DNA of 64,000 nucleotides from Candidatus Humimicrobium oleiphilum (GCA_002304935.1 DBPS01000040.1:35675-99674); one strand, 5' to 3'. Counted from the stretch's first letter, positions 1 through 10,282 are shown. Numbers and translations are program-made. The notes: a model not told the origin generated them from the sequence alone.

Positions 1-1
1 A

Positions 2-289
2 CGAATAGATCTTATAATAAATTGTACATCTGTAGGTATGGAAGGCTTAAGCAATGCCGGGAAAATGCCAGTTCCCGAAAAATGGGACTTCAAAGATAAA
101 TTTTTCTTTGAAATGATTTACAAACCTGTTGAAACCAGTCTGCTTCTAAAAGCAAAATCTGAAAAAGCAGTAATAATCAATGGATTAGATATGCTGATAA
201 ACCAGGCTCTTGCTTCGTTTGAAATATGGAACGGATTTTATCCTGATAAAAATGACCTGATAAAATATTTTAAAAATAGTATCAATTAA
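2..289 (+). CDS. aroE: shikimate 5-dehydrogenase, C-terminal fragment (reading frame enters from upstream of the window)
   Basis: The frame is open from position 2. Translation reads ...NCTSVGMEG...GLDMLINQALASFEIWNG, which matches the AroE C-terminal motifs (NxTxxGM, GLxMLxxQA). Confidence 0.6.
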   Translation, partial: RIDLIINCTSVGMEGLSNAGKMPVPEKWDFKDKFFFEMIYKPVETSLLLKAKSEKAVIINGLDMLINQALASFEIWNGFYPDKNDLIKYFKNSIN

Positions 290-382
290 ACTATAAAAAC
301 TATTTTATTAAATTATTTTAAATTGTATAATTTTATGTATTATTATATTTATTAATATATTATAAAAATATGAAATAAAAAA

Positions 383-1462
383 ATGGAAACAAATATCAAT
401 ATATTGCTTGAAAAATGCATAAATTTAAATGCATCTGATCTTCATCTTGTTGTAAATTCCAGGCCGGTGATAAGAATAAATGGAATTTTAAAAGAGATGG
501 ATGAATTTGAAATACTCTCACCGGATATTTTAAATAAGATACTTTATTCAATAATAGATGAAAATAAAATAAGAAAATTCAAAGAAAAACTTGAGCTGGA
601 TTTTTCTTATTCAATCCAGAATATGGGACGCTTCAGATGCAATTATTATTTTCAGAGAGGGACAATTGCTGCAGCATTCAGAATGGTCACTTCGCAGATT
701 AAATCTCTGGAAGAGCTTGGCCTGCCTCCAAAAGTAAAAGAATTTGCTTCCTATCCCAGAGGACTTGTCCTTGTCTGCGGACCTACAGGAAGTGGAAAAT
801 CAACAACCCTGGCTTCAATAATAGATATTATTAATGAAACAAGAAGCGAAAATATAATAACGATCGAAGATCCCATAGAGTATCTCCACTGGCATAAAAA
901 AAGCATAATCAGCCAGAGGGAAATTGAAACTGACACAACTTCTTTTGCAACAGCCTTAAAACATGCTTTAAGAGAGGATCCGGATGTAATAATGGTCGGA
1001 GAAATGCGTGATCTGGAAACCATTTCAAATACACTCACTGCTGCCGAAACAGGGCATCTTGTTTTTTCAACGCTTCATACCCAGGATGCAGCACAGACAA
1101 TAGACAGAATTATTGATATTTTTCCGACACACAGCCAGCAGCAGATAAGACTGCAGCTTGCAGGTACATTAAAGGCAGTACTTGTACAGCAGTTAATACC
1201 AAATAAAAACAATGATGGCAGAGTTGTTGCAGTTGAGCTGATGACAGTAAACCCGGCAATAAGAAATATGATAAGGGATGTGAAAAGCCACCAGATATAT
1301 ACAGCAATGCAATCCTCCGGAAAGGAAGGAATGCTTATGATGGATTTGTCACTGGCCAGATTACTTAAAGAAGGAAAAATAAGCCAGGAAATGGCTTATG
1401 AGAAATGTCACAACAAGGAAGAGCTGACAAGATATTTAAATTCTGATTTTATAGTATACTGA
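383..1462 (+). CDS. pilT: type IV pilus retraction ATPase PilT
   Basis: 359 aa. Walker A motif GPTGSGKSTT. C-terminal AIRNMIRD matches the PilT AIRNLIRE signature. The size fits PilT rather than PilB. Confidence 0.85.
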   Translation: METNINILLEKCINLNASDLHLVVNSRPVIRINGILKEMDEFEILSPDILNKILYSIIDENKIRKFKEKLELDFSYSIQNMGRFRCNYYFQRGTIAAAFRMVTSQIKSLEELGLPPKVKEFASYPRGLVLVCGPTGSGKSTTLASIIDIINETRSENIITIEDPIEYLHWHKKSIISQREIETDTTSFATALKHALREDPDVIMVGEMRDLETISNTLTAAETGHLVFSTLHTQDAAQTIDRIIDIFPTHSQQQIRLQLAGTLKAVLVQQLIPNKNNDGRVVAVELMTVNPAIRNMIRDVKSHQIYTAMQSSGKEGMLMMDLSLARLLKEGKISQEMAYEKCHNKEELTRYLNSDFIVY

Positions 1463-1475
1463 AAATAACTTTTTT

Positions 1476-2702
1476 ATGGCTATTTATAATTATAAAGTTA
1501 AGAATATTGCCGGAGAAATTATAACCGGATCAATAGATGCTGCAAGTGAAGAAGCAGCGTTATCTGAATTAAAACAGAAAAATTATTTTATAGTTGACAT
1601 ATCTCCGCCGTCTGCATTTTCAAAAGAACTTACTTTAAAATCGGGAATAGGTTTTTTAAACAAAATAAAACCCAGGGATCTGGCAATTCTTACAAGACAG
1701 TTTTCCATATTAATAAATTCCGGGATGAGTCTAATGGAGTCTCTTTCAATCCTGATAGAACAGACAGTAAATAAAAAGCTAAAGATGATTCTTATTGATG
1801 TAATGAACAATATTGAGGGCGGTCTTTCTCTCTCGGAGGCTCTATCAAAGCATAAAGAAGTTTTTTCCAAACTGTATATAAGCATGGTAAACGCCGGAGA
1901 AATGGGCGGTGTTCTTGATAAGACACTCAATGACCTGTCTGTATTTTTGGAAAAAGAAAATGACATACAGCTTAAAATAAAAAATAAAACAGCATATCCC
2001 AAATTTGTAATGGGGTTTGCCATAGTTGTTGTTATTGTCCTTGTCATTTTTATTGTCCCTTCTTTTCAGGATGCATATGAAGGACTAGGAGCAGAACTAC
2101 CTCTTCTCACAAGGATGGTCCTGGGTATAAGCGACTTGTTTAAGTCAATATGGTTTTATTTGATTTCTGCAATAGTCATTATAGGAGGCAAGTTTCTTAT
2201 AGGAAAATATCTTGGTACTCCAAAAGGAAAACTGCAGTTTGATAAAATAAGAATGAGAATTCCAAAATTTGGAGACGTTATAAAGAAAATAGCTCTTTCA
2301 AGATTTGCCAGGACTTTAGGGATACTTATTTCTGCAGGAGTCCCTATTTTAAAAAGTCTTGATATAGTAAAAGGTGTTCCCAATAATATGGTTATCGATA
2401 ATGCCATAAGCGAAATCAAAGAAAGTATCAGGCAGGGGGAGAATATTGCAATTCCTTTAAGCCGTTATTCCATTTTTCCGCCGATGTTCATTCAGATGGT
2501 AAACGTAGGAGAAAAATCGGGGACTCTTGATGTGATTCTGTCAAAAGTATCAGATTTTTATGATAGCGAGATTTCTCATTCAATTGAAATATTAATGACC
2601 ATACTGGAACCCATAATGTTAGTTTTTGTTGCCGGAATGGTAGCCTTTGTAGTCATTGCGATGTATCTTCCGATGTTTAAGATTTATCAGTTCATTTCCT
2701 GA
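1476..2702 (+). CDS. pilC: type IV pilus inner-membrane platform protein PilC (GspF family)
   Basis: 408 aa polytopic membrane protein with the typical duplicated GspF-like domains. Sits between pilT and the pilin gene. Confidence 0.8.
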   Translation: MAIYNYKVKNIAGEIITGSIDAASEEAALSELKQKNYFIVDISPPSAFSKELTLKSGIGFLNKIKPRDLAILTRQFSILINSGMSLMESLSILIEQTVNKKLKMILIDVMNNIEGGLSLSEALSKHKEVFSKLYISMVNAGEMGGVLDKTLNDLSVFLEKENDIQLKIKNKTAYPKFVMGFAIVVVIVLVIFIVPSFQDAYEGLGAELPLLTRMVLGISDLFKSIWFYLISAIVIIGGKFLIGKYLGTPKGKLQFDKIRMRIPKFGDVIKKIALSRFARTLGILISAGVPILKSLDIVKGVPNNMVIDNAISEIKESIRQGENIAIPLSRYSIFPPMFIQMVNVGEKSGTLDVILSKVSDFYDSEISHSIEILMTILEPIMLVFVAGMVAFVVIAMYLPMFKIYQFIS

Positions 2703-2983
2703 TTTCCTGCTTTTTTAAAGATATTTCTACACAGTTACTTTTATTGGATCCTTATTAAACAAAAACACTAATATTCTTAATATAATTATTAATAAATATA
2801 TTAAAATATATATTGATATACATATCATATAGTTATAATATAAACTATAGTTATAAATTTATAAAATAAATTAAAAATTAATTAAATAAGTTATTGATAT
2901 TTATATAATATTTATTGTAAAATAATAATTAATAATTAACATAATGGTTAAAATGTTCAATTTATTAAGTAAGGAGGCAGGTC

Positions 2984-3442
2984 GTGAATAAGTTATGGAA
3001 AAGAGTTAGGCAAAAAAAAGGTTTTACCCTTATAGAGCTGCTTATTGTCATCATCATACTTGCAGTACTGGCTGCTATTGCAGTTCCTACTTATCTGACA
3101 ATGAGGGACAGGGCAAGAGAAGCAGGTACTGAAGCTGAAATGGCCAATATTGCAACAGCTCTGGAATTATATCATGCAGATACAGAAGCATATCCTGCAG
3201 CAGATGGCTGGTCAGCAACCCTGCAGAGCGGAGGGTATATGGATAATGTTCCCACAGCTGATATGTGGGGCAGAAGTTATACATTTGCATTAACCACAGA
3301 CGGTTACACTTTAACCAGTGACGGAGTAGACGAAGGGGTTACAGCATATGATATTATTTTCTCCAACGGGCAGCAGACAAGTTTTGGCAAATTTAATACA
3401 AATACCAGAGGAGAAGAAACTACGACCACCGCTCAAGGTTAA
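2984..3442 (+). CDS. pilA: major type IV pilin (prepilin)
   Basis: GTG start preceded by the RBS AAGGAGG. Leader MNKLWKRVRQKKG followed by FTLIELLIV with Glu at +5 (class III signal peptide). 152 aa. A strong terminator follows. Confidence 0.85.
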   Translation: MNKLWKRVRQKKGFTLIELLIVIIILAVLAAIAVPTYLTMRDRAREAGTEAEMANIATALELYHADTEAYPAADGWSATLQSGGYMDNVPTADMWGRSYTFALTTDGYTLTSDGVDEGVTAYDIIFSNGQQTSFGKFNTNTRGEETTTTAQG

Positions 3443-3463
3443 AAATTTTTAATTATCTTAAAA

Positions 3464-3497
3464 TAAAAAAACAGGGGACTTAACCCCTGTTTTTTTA
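3464..3497. terminator. rho-independent terminator after pilA
   Basis: An A-run, then stem CAGGGG, loop ACTTAA, stem CCCCTG, then T7. The flanking A and T tracts allow it to act in both directions. Confidence 0.8.
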
Positions 3498-3666
3498 TTA
3501 AAAAATCGTTTGATCACTTTGTTATAATATTTTTTGACTAGTTAAAATACATGTGTTATTATACAAAAATGCAAATATCTATTTCCCTATATGAAGCATA
3601 GATATAATATTTATTTCATATTGCAATAATGATAAAAGTCATTGTATTAATGTAGCCAAAGGGAAA

Positions 3667-4416
3667 ATGAAGGCATTACTATATATAATTTTTACTATAG
3701 CAGGATTTATTTTTGGAAGTTTTTTAAATGTGGTTATTTACAGGCTTCCAAGAAAAATATCAATTGTTTCTCCGTCTTCTTTTTGTCCGAGCTGTAAAGC
3801 AAGAATTAAATTTTATGATAATATCCCTTTATTATCATATCTGATTTTAAAAGGGAAATGCAGAAGTTGCAAGATTCCCATACCTGTAAGATACCCTATA
3901 GCTGAGACTATAACAGCAATTCTTTTTGTTTTAAACTTCCATTATTTTGGTATAAGCCTGGCATGTCTTTCAGGTATTTTGTTAATTACTGCATTAATAG
4001 TAGTTTCATTCATAGATATAGATTTGCAACTTATTCCAAATGTGATAGTACTTCCTTTCACATTAATAGGATTACTTTTAACAATGTCCGCAAACTGGCA
4101 GAAATGGTGGATACCTATAGCTTATTCTGCAGGAGCTTTTCTTTTTATGTTTATTATTAATCTGATATATCCGAAGGGAATGGGAATGGGTGATGTCAAA
4201 CTATCTATGATGGCTGGAGCTTTTTTGTCGGAAAAAATAATCCCCGGGCTTTTTATGGGCTTTCTGGCAGGTTCATTATTTGGAATATTCCTTATTATCC
4301 TTAAAAAAAGAAAACTCAGACAAAGCATTGCTTTCGGTCCTTTTATATCTTTAGGTTGTATTGCAGCCCTTTTCTATGGTGATAGAATTATTAATTGGTA
4401 TTTAGCATTAATCTGA
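3667..4416 (+). CDS. pilD: prepilin peptidase / N-methyltransferase (A24 family)
   Basis: 249 aa. N-terminal CPSC...CRSC zinc motif. Polytopic membrane protein with conserved Asp residues. Confidence 0.8.
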   Translation: MKALLYIIFTIAGFIFGSFLNVVIYRLPRKISIVSPSSFCPSCKARIKFYDNIPLLSYLILKGKCRSCKIPIPVRYPIAETITAILFVLNFHYFGISLACLSGILLITALIVVSFIDIDLQLIPNVIVLPFTLIGLLLTMSANWQKWWIPIAYSAGAFLFMFIINLIYPKGMGMGDVKLSMMAGAFLSEKIIPGLFMGFLAGSLFGIFLIILKKRKLRQSIAFGPFISLGCIAALFYGDRIINWYLALI

Positions 4417-4428
4417 TAAAAGAAAAAT

Positions 4429-5598
4429 ATGTTTGAAATAGGTCTTGATCTGAGTTCAAATAAAATAAGCGCATCAGCTTTTATAAAAAAAGGCAGTAAC
4501 CTTTTTTTAAAGAGCTGTGGATATGTAGAAGTAGAAAGACATGCAATTGATGCCAGTGGAATTATCGATTCAGTAGTTATTGCCAATGGCATTAAAGAAT
4601 TATGGAGAAATTACAAGCTCTCCGGCAATACAGTAAATGTCGGCATTTCGGATACTAAAATAGTTTTAAAAGAAATAATAATCCCTCTGACTGATGAAAA
4701 AGAAATAGATAATGCTATCAGATATCAGATAGGAGAGTTTGTCCCCATACCCAGGGATAATCTTATTTATGATTATTACATAATTGAAAAGAATGAAAAT
4801 TCTTCGGTAATAATGATAGTCGGTGTAATAAAAAATATAATAGAAAACTTGATATCTGTTTTAAGATCAGCAGGTCTTAAAATCAATTCGGTTGAAGCGA
4901 ACTGTTTCTCTCTTTTCCGGCTGGCAGACCGTTATTTTGATTTTAAAAACAGGTATAAGGAAAATGAGAAAAGTTCAGACTGCATTGTTTACTTTGGTAA
5001 TGATATTTCAATAATCGAGTTCATAAACAAAGCAGAGTTAAGATATCCCAGATTCATTAATTCTTCAATAGCGGCATTTAATGAAAATTTATCAAAAAAA
5101 ATATCGGTTTCACCAGAAGAAGCCAGAACAATATTGAATGATTTTGATATGGGATTATTGCTTTCAAAAGACTTATCAAAAAAAGTTAATGCAATTCCGG
5201 ACATCGGTGAAAATAATGAAATTGAAATACCGGAAGATGGAGACAAAAGTAAAAGAGGGCATGATAAGGCAATCGACAGAGAAGCCCTTATCAGAGACAG
5301 CATCAAGATATCTGCCAATCAGTTAATCAACGAAATTACACGTTCGATTGAACATTTTTTACAGGAAAACAGAAATTTAAGCATTGAAGAAATAATGCTT
5401 TGCGGTGAAAATCTGAAAAATATGGAAAAATATATATCAAAAAATCTTAAATATAATCTTAAAAGAATTGACCTGACAAGTAAGTTTTTACCAGATATCT
5501 TAAAAAGAAGCTTCCTTTTTAAAAATATTGATAATTCAAAAATCCCGGATTCCATAATACTTAGCTGCGGTCTTGCTTTAAGAGGTATAAAAAATTGA
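4429..5598 (+). CDS. pilM: type IV pilus assembly protein PilM (actin-like ATPase fold)
   Basis: N-terminal MFEIGLDLSSNKIS matches the PilM/FtsA-like fold. Its position before pilN supports the call. Contains a low-complexity charged insert. Confidence 0.7.
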   Translation: MFEIGLDLSSNKISASAFIKKGSNLFLKSCGYVEVERHAIDASGIIDSVVIANGIKELWRNYKLSGNTVNVGISDTKIVLKEIIIPLTDEKEIDNAIRYQIGEFVPIPRDNLIYDYYIIEKNENSSVIMIVGVIKNIIENLISVLRSAGLKINSVEANCFSLFRLADRYFDFKNRYKENEKSSDCIVYFGNDISIIEFINKAELRYPRFINSSIAAFNENLSKKISVSPEEARTILNDFDMGLLLSKDLSKKVNAIPDIGENNEIEIPEDGDKSKRGHDKAIDREALIRDSIKISANQLINEITRSIEHFLQENRNLSIEEIMLCGENLKNMEKYISKNLKYNLKRIDLTSKFLPDILKRSFLFKNIDNSKIPDSIILSCGLALRGIKN

Positions 5599-6272
5599 AA
5601 GATATTAATCTTCTTCCAAAAATTGAAAAACAAAAAAAGAAAGGCCATTTTCTTTTTAATTTTTTTCTGGTAATGCTGCTTATACTTCTTATTATAATTT
5701 CAGGCTTGTCTTTTCTCTTCAGTAAAACAAAAAAAGAGCTTGCAGAAAAATTTGATATAATCGAAAAAACAAATTTTGACCTTAATATATATAAAGACAA
5801 ATTACTATTTTATAAAGAATTTGAAAAAGATGTTTATTATAAATCAGCTTTAAATAAAACTTTAATAGATAATAAAATCAACTGGTCAAAAAAACTTTAT
5901 GATTTGTCTGAGTGCCTGCCTGAAAAAGCTTATATACTGAATTTCAATGGAAGATGCGATAATCTTTATTCTTCCATTGAATCCGTTAAAAACGGGGGAG
6001 ATATACCAAAAGGAAAATTGCTTGCATTTAATATCGAAGGTTATGCAAATGATTATATTGAAATCTCCAAGCTTGTTCTGGGCATAAAAGAGATTTCTGA
6101 CATTTCTGATCCATGGATAGTATCTATCAAGGAATCAGAAGCAGATAATCTTAAACTGCTATATTACAAAGTCGAAGTTTACTGGGACCTGAATGATTTT
6201 ATAAAAGATATGGAAATCAATAAAAAGTCTTCGCCGGATAATACAGATGAAATTGATATAGAAGAAATGTAA
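5595..6272 (+). CDS. pilN: type IV pilus assembly protein PilN
   Basis: Starts MKDINLLPK (the PilN INLLP motif), followed by a single TM segment. 4-nt overlap with pilM. Confidence 0.7.
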   Translation: MKDINLLPKIEKQKKKGHFLFNFFLVMLLILLIIISGLSFLFSKTKKELAEKFDIIEKTNFDLNIYKDKLLFYKEFEKDVYYKSALNKTLIDNKINWSKKLYDLSECLPEKAYILNFNGRCDNLYSSIESVKNGGDIPKGKLLAFNIEGYANDYIEISKLVLGIKEISDISDPWIVSIKESEADNLKLLYYKVEVYWDLNDFIKDMEINKKSSPDNTDEIDIEEM

Positions 6273-6289
6273 AATAAAAAAATTAAAGA

Positions 6290-6652
6290 ATGAAAACAAT
6301 ATACAGGATAGCAATAATTATAATTATAATTTTAGCCATAGCAGCAGTTATGCTTTTATGGTTTTTACCTTCATATAAAGATAGCCGGAGGATTTCAGGA
6401 GAAATAAATGACAAAAGCCTGGAAAAAGCTGCTTTGGAAAAAGAAATTAAAGATTTGCTTGATTCCAGATCGGATTATTTTTTATTAAATGCCTTATTTG
6501 ATAAATACAATACAGAGATTCCTTTAAGCGACGGAATCACAGTCCTTACTGACCAGATATATGAAATAGGAAAATATTCAGGAATAAAGATACAGGCAGT
6601 TGATTTTAAAGAAATAAATGAGAGCAGTACTAAAAAAATGAAAAGAACATGA
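6290..6652 (+). CDS. pilO: PilO, N-terminal fragment (TM, coiled coil and the start of the periplasmic domain)
   Basis: TM helix and coiled coil. The frame ends at an ATGA overlap just after an A7 homopolymer. See the finding on the pilO split. Confidence 0.55.
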   Translation: MKTIYRIAIIIIIILAIAAVMLLWFLPSYKDSRRISGEINDKSLEKAALEKEIKDLLDSRSDYFLLNALFDKYNTEIPLSDGITVLTDQIYEIGKYSGIKIQAVDFKEINESSTKKMKRT

Positions 6653-6876
6653 TAGGAGCAATCAATGTAAGCATAACGGTAAACGGCTCATACTACCAGG
6701 TGCTGACTTTTTTAAATACTATAGAGATCATGCCAAGATTAATAAAAGTTGAAAATATTTCGATAAATCTTGCCACAGCGTTTGATGATGAAACTTCCAG
6801 CGAAAATGATCTTGACCTGTCTGCTTTAATAAATTTTAAAACTTTTTATGATAAAACGGATTATTCAGATAATTAA
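6649..6876 (+). CDS. pilO: PilO, C-terminal fragment
   Basis: INVSITVNGSYYQVLTFLNTIEIMPRLIKVENISI matches the conserved PilO core (GsY..l..Fl..le...Rl). Inserting one A in the upstream A7 run would fuse this ORF to the N-terminal fragment. Confidence 0.55.
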   Translation: MIGAINVSITVNGSYYQVLTFLNTIEIMPRLIKVENISINLATAFDDETSSENDLDLSALINFKTFYDKTDYSDN

Positions 6877-7391
6877 TGAAAATGTCTAATATTGTTAAAA
6901 TAAAAAACATCTTAAAAATCGCTATTACGATAATTTCATTAATAATGGCGGTTATCTTTACCGGCTGTAGGAATTTTTCTTTTTTTGAGTCAGCAATAAG
7001 TGATGCAGATTTAAAAACAAAAATTAAAATTGAGGACACAGATATAAATGCTCTCAACACGCAGGAAATTCTGAAAGGAGACATAAATGAAAAAATTGAA
7101 TCATCTGATGAGATAATATTCACAGAAGAGATAAGAAACCCTTTTATGCCTTTTTATATGAAATCCCAGGATGAACAAACTGTCACGAATCAGCTTGCCT
7201 TGGAAAAAATCTATAGTGATGATGAAAATATATATGCAGAGATTGATATTAATGGATCTACTTATAAACTTAAACTCGGTGATCAGTTTGCAAAGATATA
7301 TCAGGTTCAGGCAATTAATGAAAGTTCCATAGTTCTTTTAAAAGGAGATGAACTGATTACTATATATATGAATGAAATATATTATGATTAA
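6876..7391 (+). CDS. putative lipoprotein at the end of the pilMNO cluster (possibly PilP-like)
   Basis: Signal peptide ending ...FTGC. 171 aa. Called from position only. No secretin follows it. Confidence 0.35.
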   Translation: MKMSNIVKIKNILKIAITIISLIMAVIFTGCRNFSFFESAISDADLKTKIKIEDTDINALNTQEILKGDINEKIESSDEIIFTEEIRNPFMPFYMKSQDEQTVTNQLALEKIYSDDENIYAEIDINGSTYKLKLGDQFAKIYQVQAINESSIVLLKGDELITIYMNEIYYD

Positions 7392-7406
7392 ACAAAAGAG
7401 AAAATC

Positions 7407-8582
7407 ATGGAATTCTTAACAGCAGGTGAATCGCATGGAAAAGCTTTGTGCGGCATTATAAGTGATTACCCCTCAGGTGTCTCTGTAAAAAAAGAAATAA
7501 TAGACAATGAACTTCTTCGCAGACAAAAAGGTTACGGAAGAGGCGGAAGAATGCAGATTGAAAAAGATGAAGTCGAGATACTATCAGGACTAAGAAACGG
7601 TTTTACGCTCGGCTCACCGATTTCTTTCATAATAAACAATAAGGACTGGAACAACTGGGAAGATCTTATGACCCCGTTTCCATCAGATATTAAAATTAAA
7701 AATGAAGAAAAATTAGTTGAAAACCCGAGACCCGGACATGCAGATCTTACTGGTTCGATTAAGTACAGATTTAACGATATAAGAAATGTTATCGAGAGAA
7801 GCAGTGCAAGAGAAACTGCAATACGTGTAGTAGTCGGTTCTTTTTCAAAGCAGTTTTTAAAAAATCTGGATATAGAAATACACAGTTTTGTAACCGGCAT
7901 CGGAAAAGCAGTTTTAAAAGATGAGAATTTTTTAAAAAATCCTGACATTGATTGTTTTGATAAAGCAGATAAATCTGATTTAAGATGCCCTGATGAAAAA
8001 ACTGCCGCTGATATGAAAAGTGAAATTGATAAAGCATTTAAATTAAAAGATACTCTTGGGGGAAGTTTCCTGATATGTATAAAAAATATGCCTTACGGCA
8101 TAGGTTCCTATATCCAGTGGAACAAGAGACTGGACGCAATACTTTCTTATTATCTGATGAGTATACCTTCAGTCAAAGCTTTGGAAATAGGAAACGGATT
8201 AAAAGCGGCAGTTTTAAAGGGAACCAGGTTTCATGATGAAATTTTTTATGATGAAAATAAAAAATATTACAGGCTGACAAATAATGCAGGCGGGATTGAA
8301 GGAGGTATGTCTAATGGAGAAGATATTATGCTAAAAGTATTTTTAAAACCAATTCCGACCACAATGAGAGGACTAAATACTGTAAATATAAGGGATAAAA
8401 GCCGGCAAACAAGCATAAAAGAAAGATCGGATATTTGCGCTGTTCCTTCAGCTTCTGTTATAGGGGAAGCAATGTCTGCTATAGCAGTAATGAATGCGAT
8501 ACAGGACAAATTCGGCAGAGACAATATGCAGGAGATAATTGAAAATCACAAAAATTACCTGAGATACATAAAAAACATATAG
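7407..8582 (+). CDS. aroC: chorismate synthase
   Basis: MEFLTAGESHGKAL N-terminus plus conserved AroC motifs. 391 aa. Confidence 0.9.
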   Translation: MEFLTAGESHGKALCGIISDYPSGVSVKKEIIDNELLRRQKGYGRGGRMQIEKDEVEILSGLRNGFTLGSPISFIINNKDWNNWEDLMTPFPSDIKIKNEEKLVENPRPGHADLTGSIKYRFNDIRNVIERSSARETAIRVVVGSFSKQFLKNLDIEIHSFVTGIGKAVLKDENFLKNPDIDCFDKADKSDLRCPDEKTAADMKSEIDKAFKLKDTLGGSFLICIKNMPYGIGSYIQWNKRLDAILSYYLMSIPSVKALEIGNGLKAAVLKGTRFHDEIFYDENKKYYRLTNNAGGIEGGMSNGEDIMLKVFLKPIPTTMRGLNTVNIRDKSRQTSIKERSDICAVPSASVIGEAMSAIAVMNAIQDKFGRDNMQEIIENHKNYLRYIKNI

Positions 8583-8623
8583 ATAGTCTTATTTAACTTT
8601 AAATTAACTTTTTACCATTAATT

Positions 8624-9145
8624 ATGATTTCAAAAAATATTTCTCTAATAGGTTTTATGGGTTCAGGTAAAACGACAATAGGAAGAATTCTTGCAGAAAA
8701 AACAGGATTTCTTTTTATAGATATAGATAAAATAATCGAGTATATTACTGGAAAGAAGATAAATGATCTGTTTAAAGATCATGGGGAGGACCAGTTCAGG
8801 AATTTGGAAAAAAAGACTGTAGAAAAATTATATAAGGGTAATACAAATTGTGTTTTTGCATGTGGGGGCGGAATATTTGAAACTGGAGATAATATTAAAA
8901 TCATCAGAAAAAACAGTCTTGTAGTTTTTCTGGATATTAATACAGAAACGGCATATGAAAGGCTTAAAGATTCGCATGACAGACCATTATTAAAAGGTGA
9001 AACAGGCATGCGGCTCAAAATAAGTGAACTGATAGATAAAAGATTTAAAATCTACATGGAAAATTCTGATATACGATTAAATGTCAGCCAGAAAGAGCCT
9101 GATTATTTTGCAAATGAAATAATAAAAAAAATAGTCAATAAATAA
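8624..9145 (+). CDS. aroK: shikimate kinase
   Basis: Walker A motif LIGFMGSGKTTIGR. 173 aa. Confidence 0.85.
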   Translation: MISKNISLIGFMGSGKTTIGRILAEKTGFLFIDIDKIIEYITGKKINDLFKDHGEDQFRNLEKKTVEKLYKGNTNCVFACGGGIFETGDNIKIIRKNSLVVFLDINTETAYERLKDSHDRPLLKGETGMRLKISELIDKRFKIYMENSDIRLNVSQKEPDYFANEIIKKIVNK

Positions 9146-9148
9146 AAC

Positions 9149-10282
9149 ATGATAAAATTACAAATACCAGAAATGAATAAAATAAGAGTTACAACTTTAA
9201 ACAGAAGCTATGAAATGCTTATCAAAAGAGGGATTTCTGACAAAATAACCAGCGTATTATCGGAATCTTTTAATAAAATCAATAAAATATTCTTTATTAC
9301 AAATAATAAAATATTTGATATTCATGGGGAAAAAATTATTAAAAAGATAGAACGATGCTACGATGTAAGGATGCTTGTACTCCGTGATGGGGAAGAGTAC
9401 AAATCAAGTACGACTCTTACAAATATTTACGAATTTTTTATTAAGAATCAGGCTCACAGAGATGATATTGTCATAGCTTTTGGCGGCGGAGTGATAGGAG
9501 ATACAGCTGGTTTTGCTGCATCAACATTTAACAGAGGTCTTATCCTGGTACAATACCCAACGACGATTATATCGCAGGTCGACAGCAGTATAGGCGGAAA
9601 AGTTGCCATAAACTTTAAAGGAATAAAAAATATTGTCGGGTGTTTTTATCAGCCTCATCTTATTATATGTGACCCTGATTTGCTAAATACTCTTGAAGAA
9701 AAAGAAATTATTAATGGTTTGGGAGAAATAATAAAGTACGGGCTTGTCTTTGATCATAAAATAATAGAAGCAGTAAATAAAATAATAAATGAAAACCCCG
9801 GATCAGAAGAACGCCTTAAAAATATGATAAAAGATAAAAGATTTGATGAAGTAATATTCAGATGCTCAAAAATAAAATCAGGCATTGTTGAAAAAGATGA
9901 GTTCGACAATGGAATAAGAAATTATCTTAATTTCGGCCACACTATAGGACATGCAATTGAAAAAGTAATAGGCTTTAAGAATATCAGCCATGGCCAGGCA
10001 GTTTCACTGGGCATATTATGTGCCATAGATTTATCCATATCGTTAGGCTTCATAGAAGATTCTTTTAAAAAAGAATTATTAGAGCTTTATGGAGCATTAA
10101 AACTGCCTGTAAAAATATATTCAAAAAACGTGGATGATATTTTTGAAGCAATTCGTTTTGATAAAAAAATAACCGAAGGTAAAACAAAATTCATTGTTCT
10201 TAAAAAATTAAATGAAGCTGTTATCTTTAATGATATTGATGAAACAATTATAAAAAACAGTATAATTAAAAATATTGAATAA
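9149..10282 (+). CDS. aroB: 3-dehydroquinate synthase
   Basis: 377 aa. Contains the GGGVIGD and NFGHTIGHAIE motifs of the DHQS family. Confidence 0.85.
   Translation: MIKLQIPEMNKIRVTTLNRSYEMLIKRGISDKITSVLSESFNKINKIFFITNNKIFDIHGEKIIKKIERCYDVRMLVLRDGEEYKSSTTLTNIYEFFIKNQAHRDDIVIAFGGGVIGDTAGFAASTFNRGLILVQYPTTIISQVDSSIGGKVAINFKGIKNIVGCFYQPHLIICDPDLLNTLEEKEIINGLGEIIKYGLVFDHKIIEAVNKIINENPGSEERLKNMIKDKRFDEVIFRCSKIKSGIVEKDEFDNGIRNYLNFGHTIGHAIEKVIGFKNISHGQAVSLGILCAIDLSISLGFIEDSFKKELLELYGALKLPVKIYSKNVDDIFEAIRFDKKITEGKTKFIVLKKLNEAVIFNDIDETIIKNSIIKNIE

Noticed and set aside
751-2419. Antisense ORFs inside pilT and pilC (751-1038, 1110-1307, 1583-2047, 2156-2419) and similar nested ORFs elsewhere (for example 39206-39622, 58808-59413, 61768-62115)
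   Set aside because: They are fully embedded opposite well-supported genes. They have low-complexity or hydrophobic composition typical of AT-rich reverse frames, and no RBS or conservation signal.
6876-7391. Calling the post-pilO lipoprotein PilP and inferring a secretin-containing pilus
   Set aside because: No PilQ follows, and the similarity is by position and the lipoprotein signal only. It is kept as a low-confidence lipoprotein.
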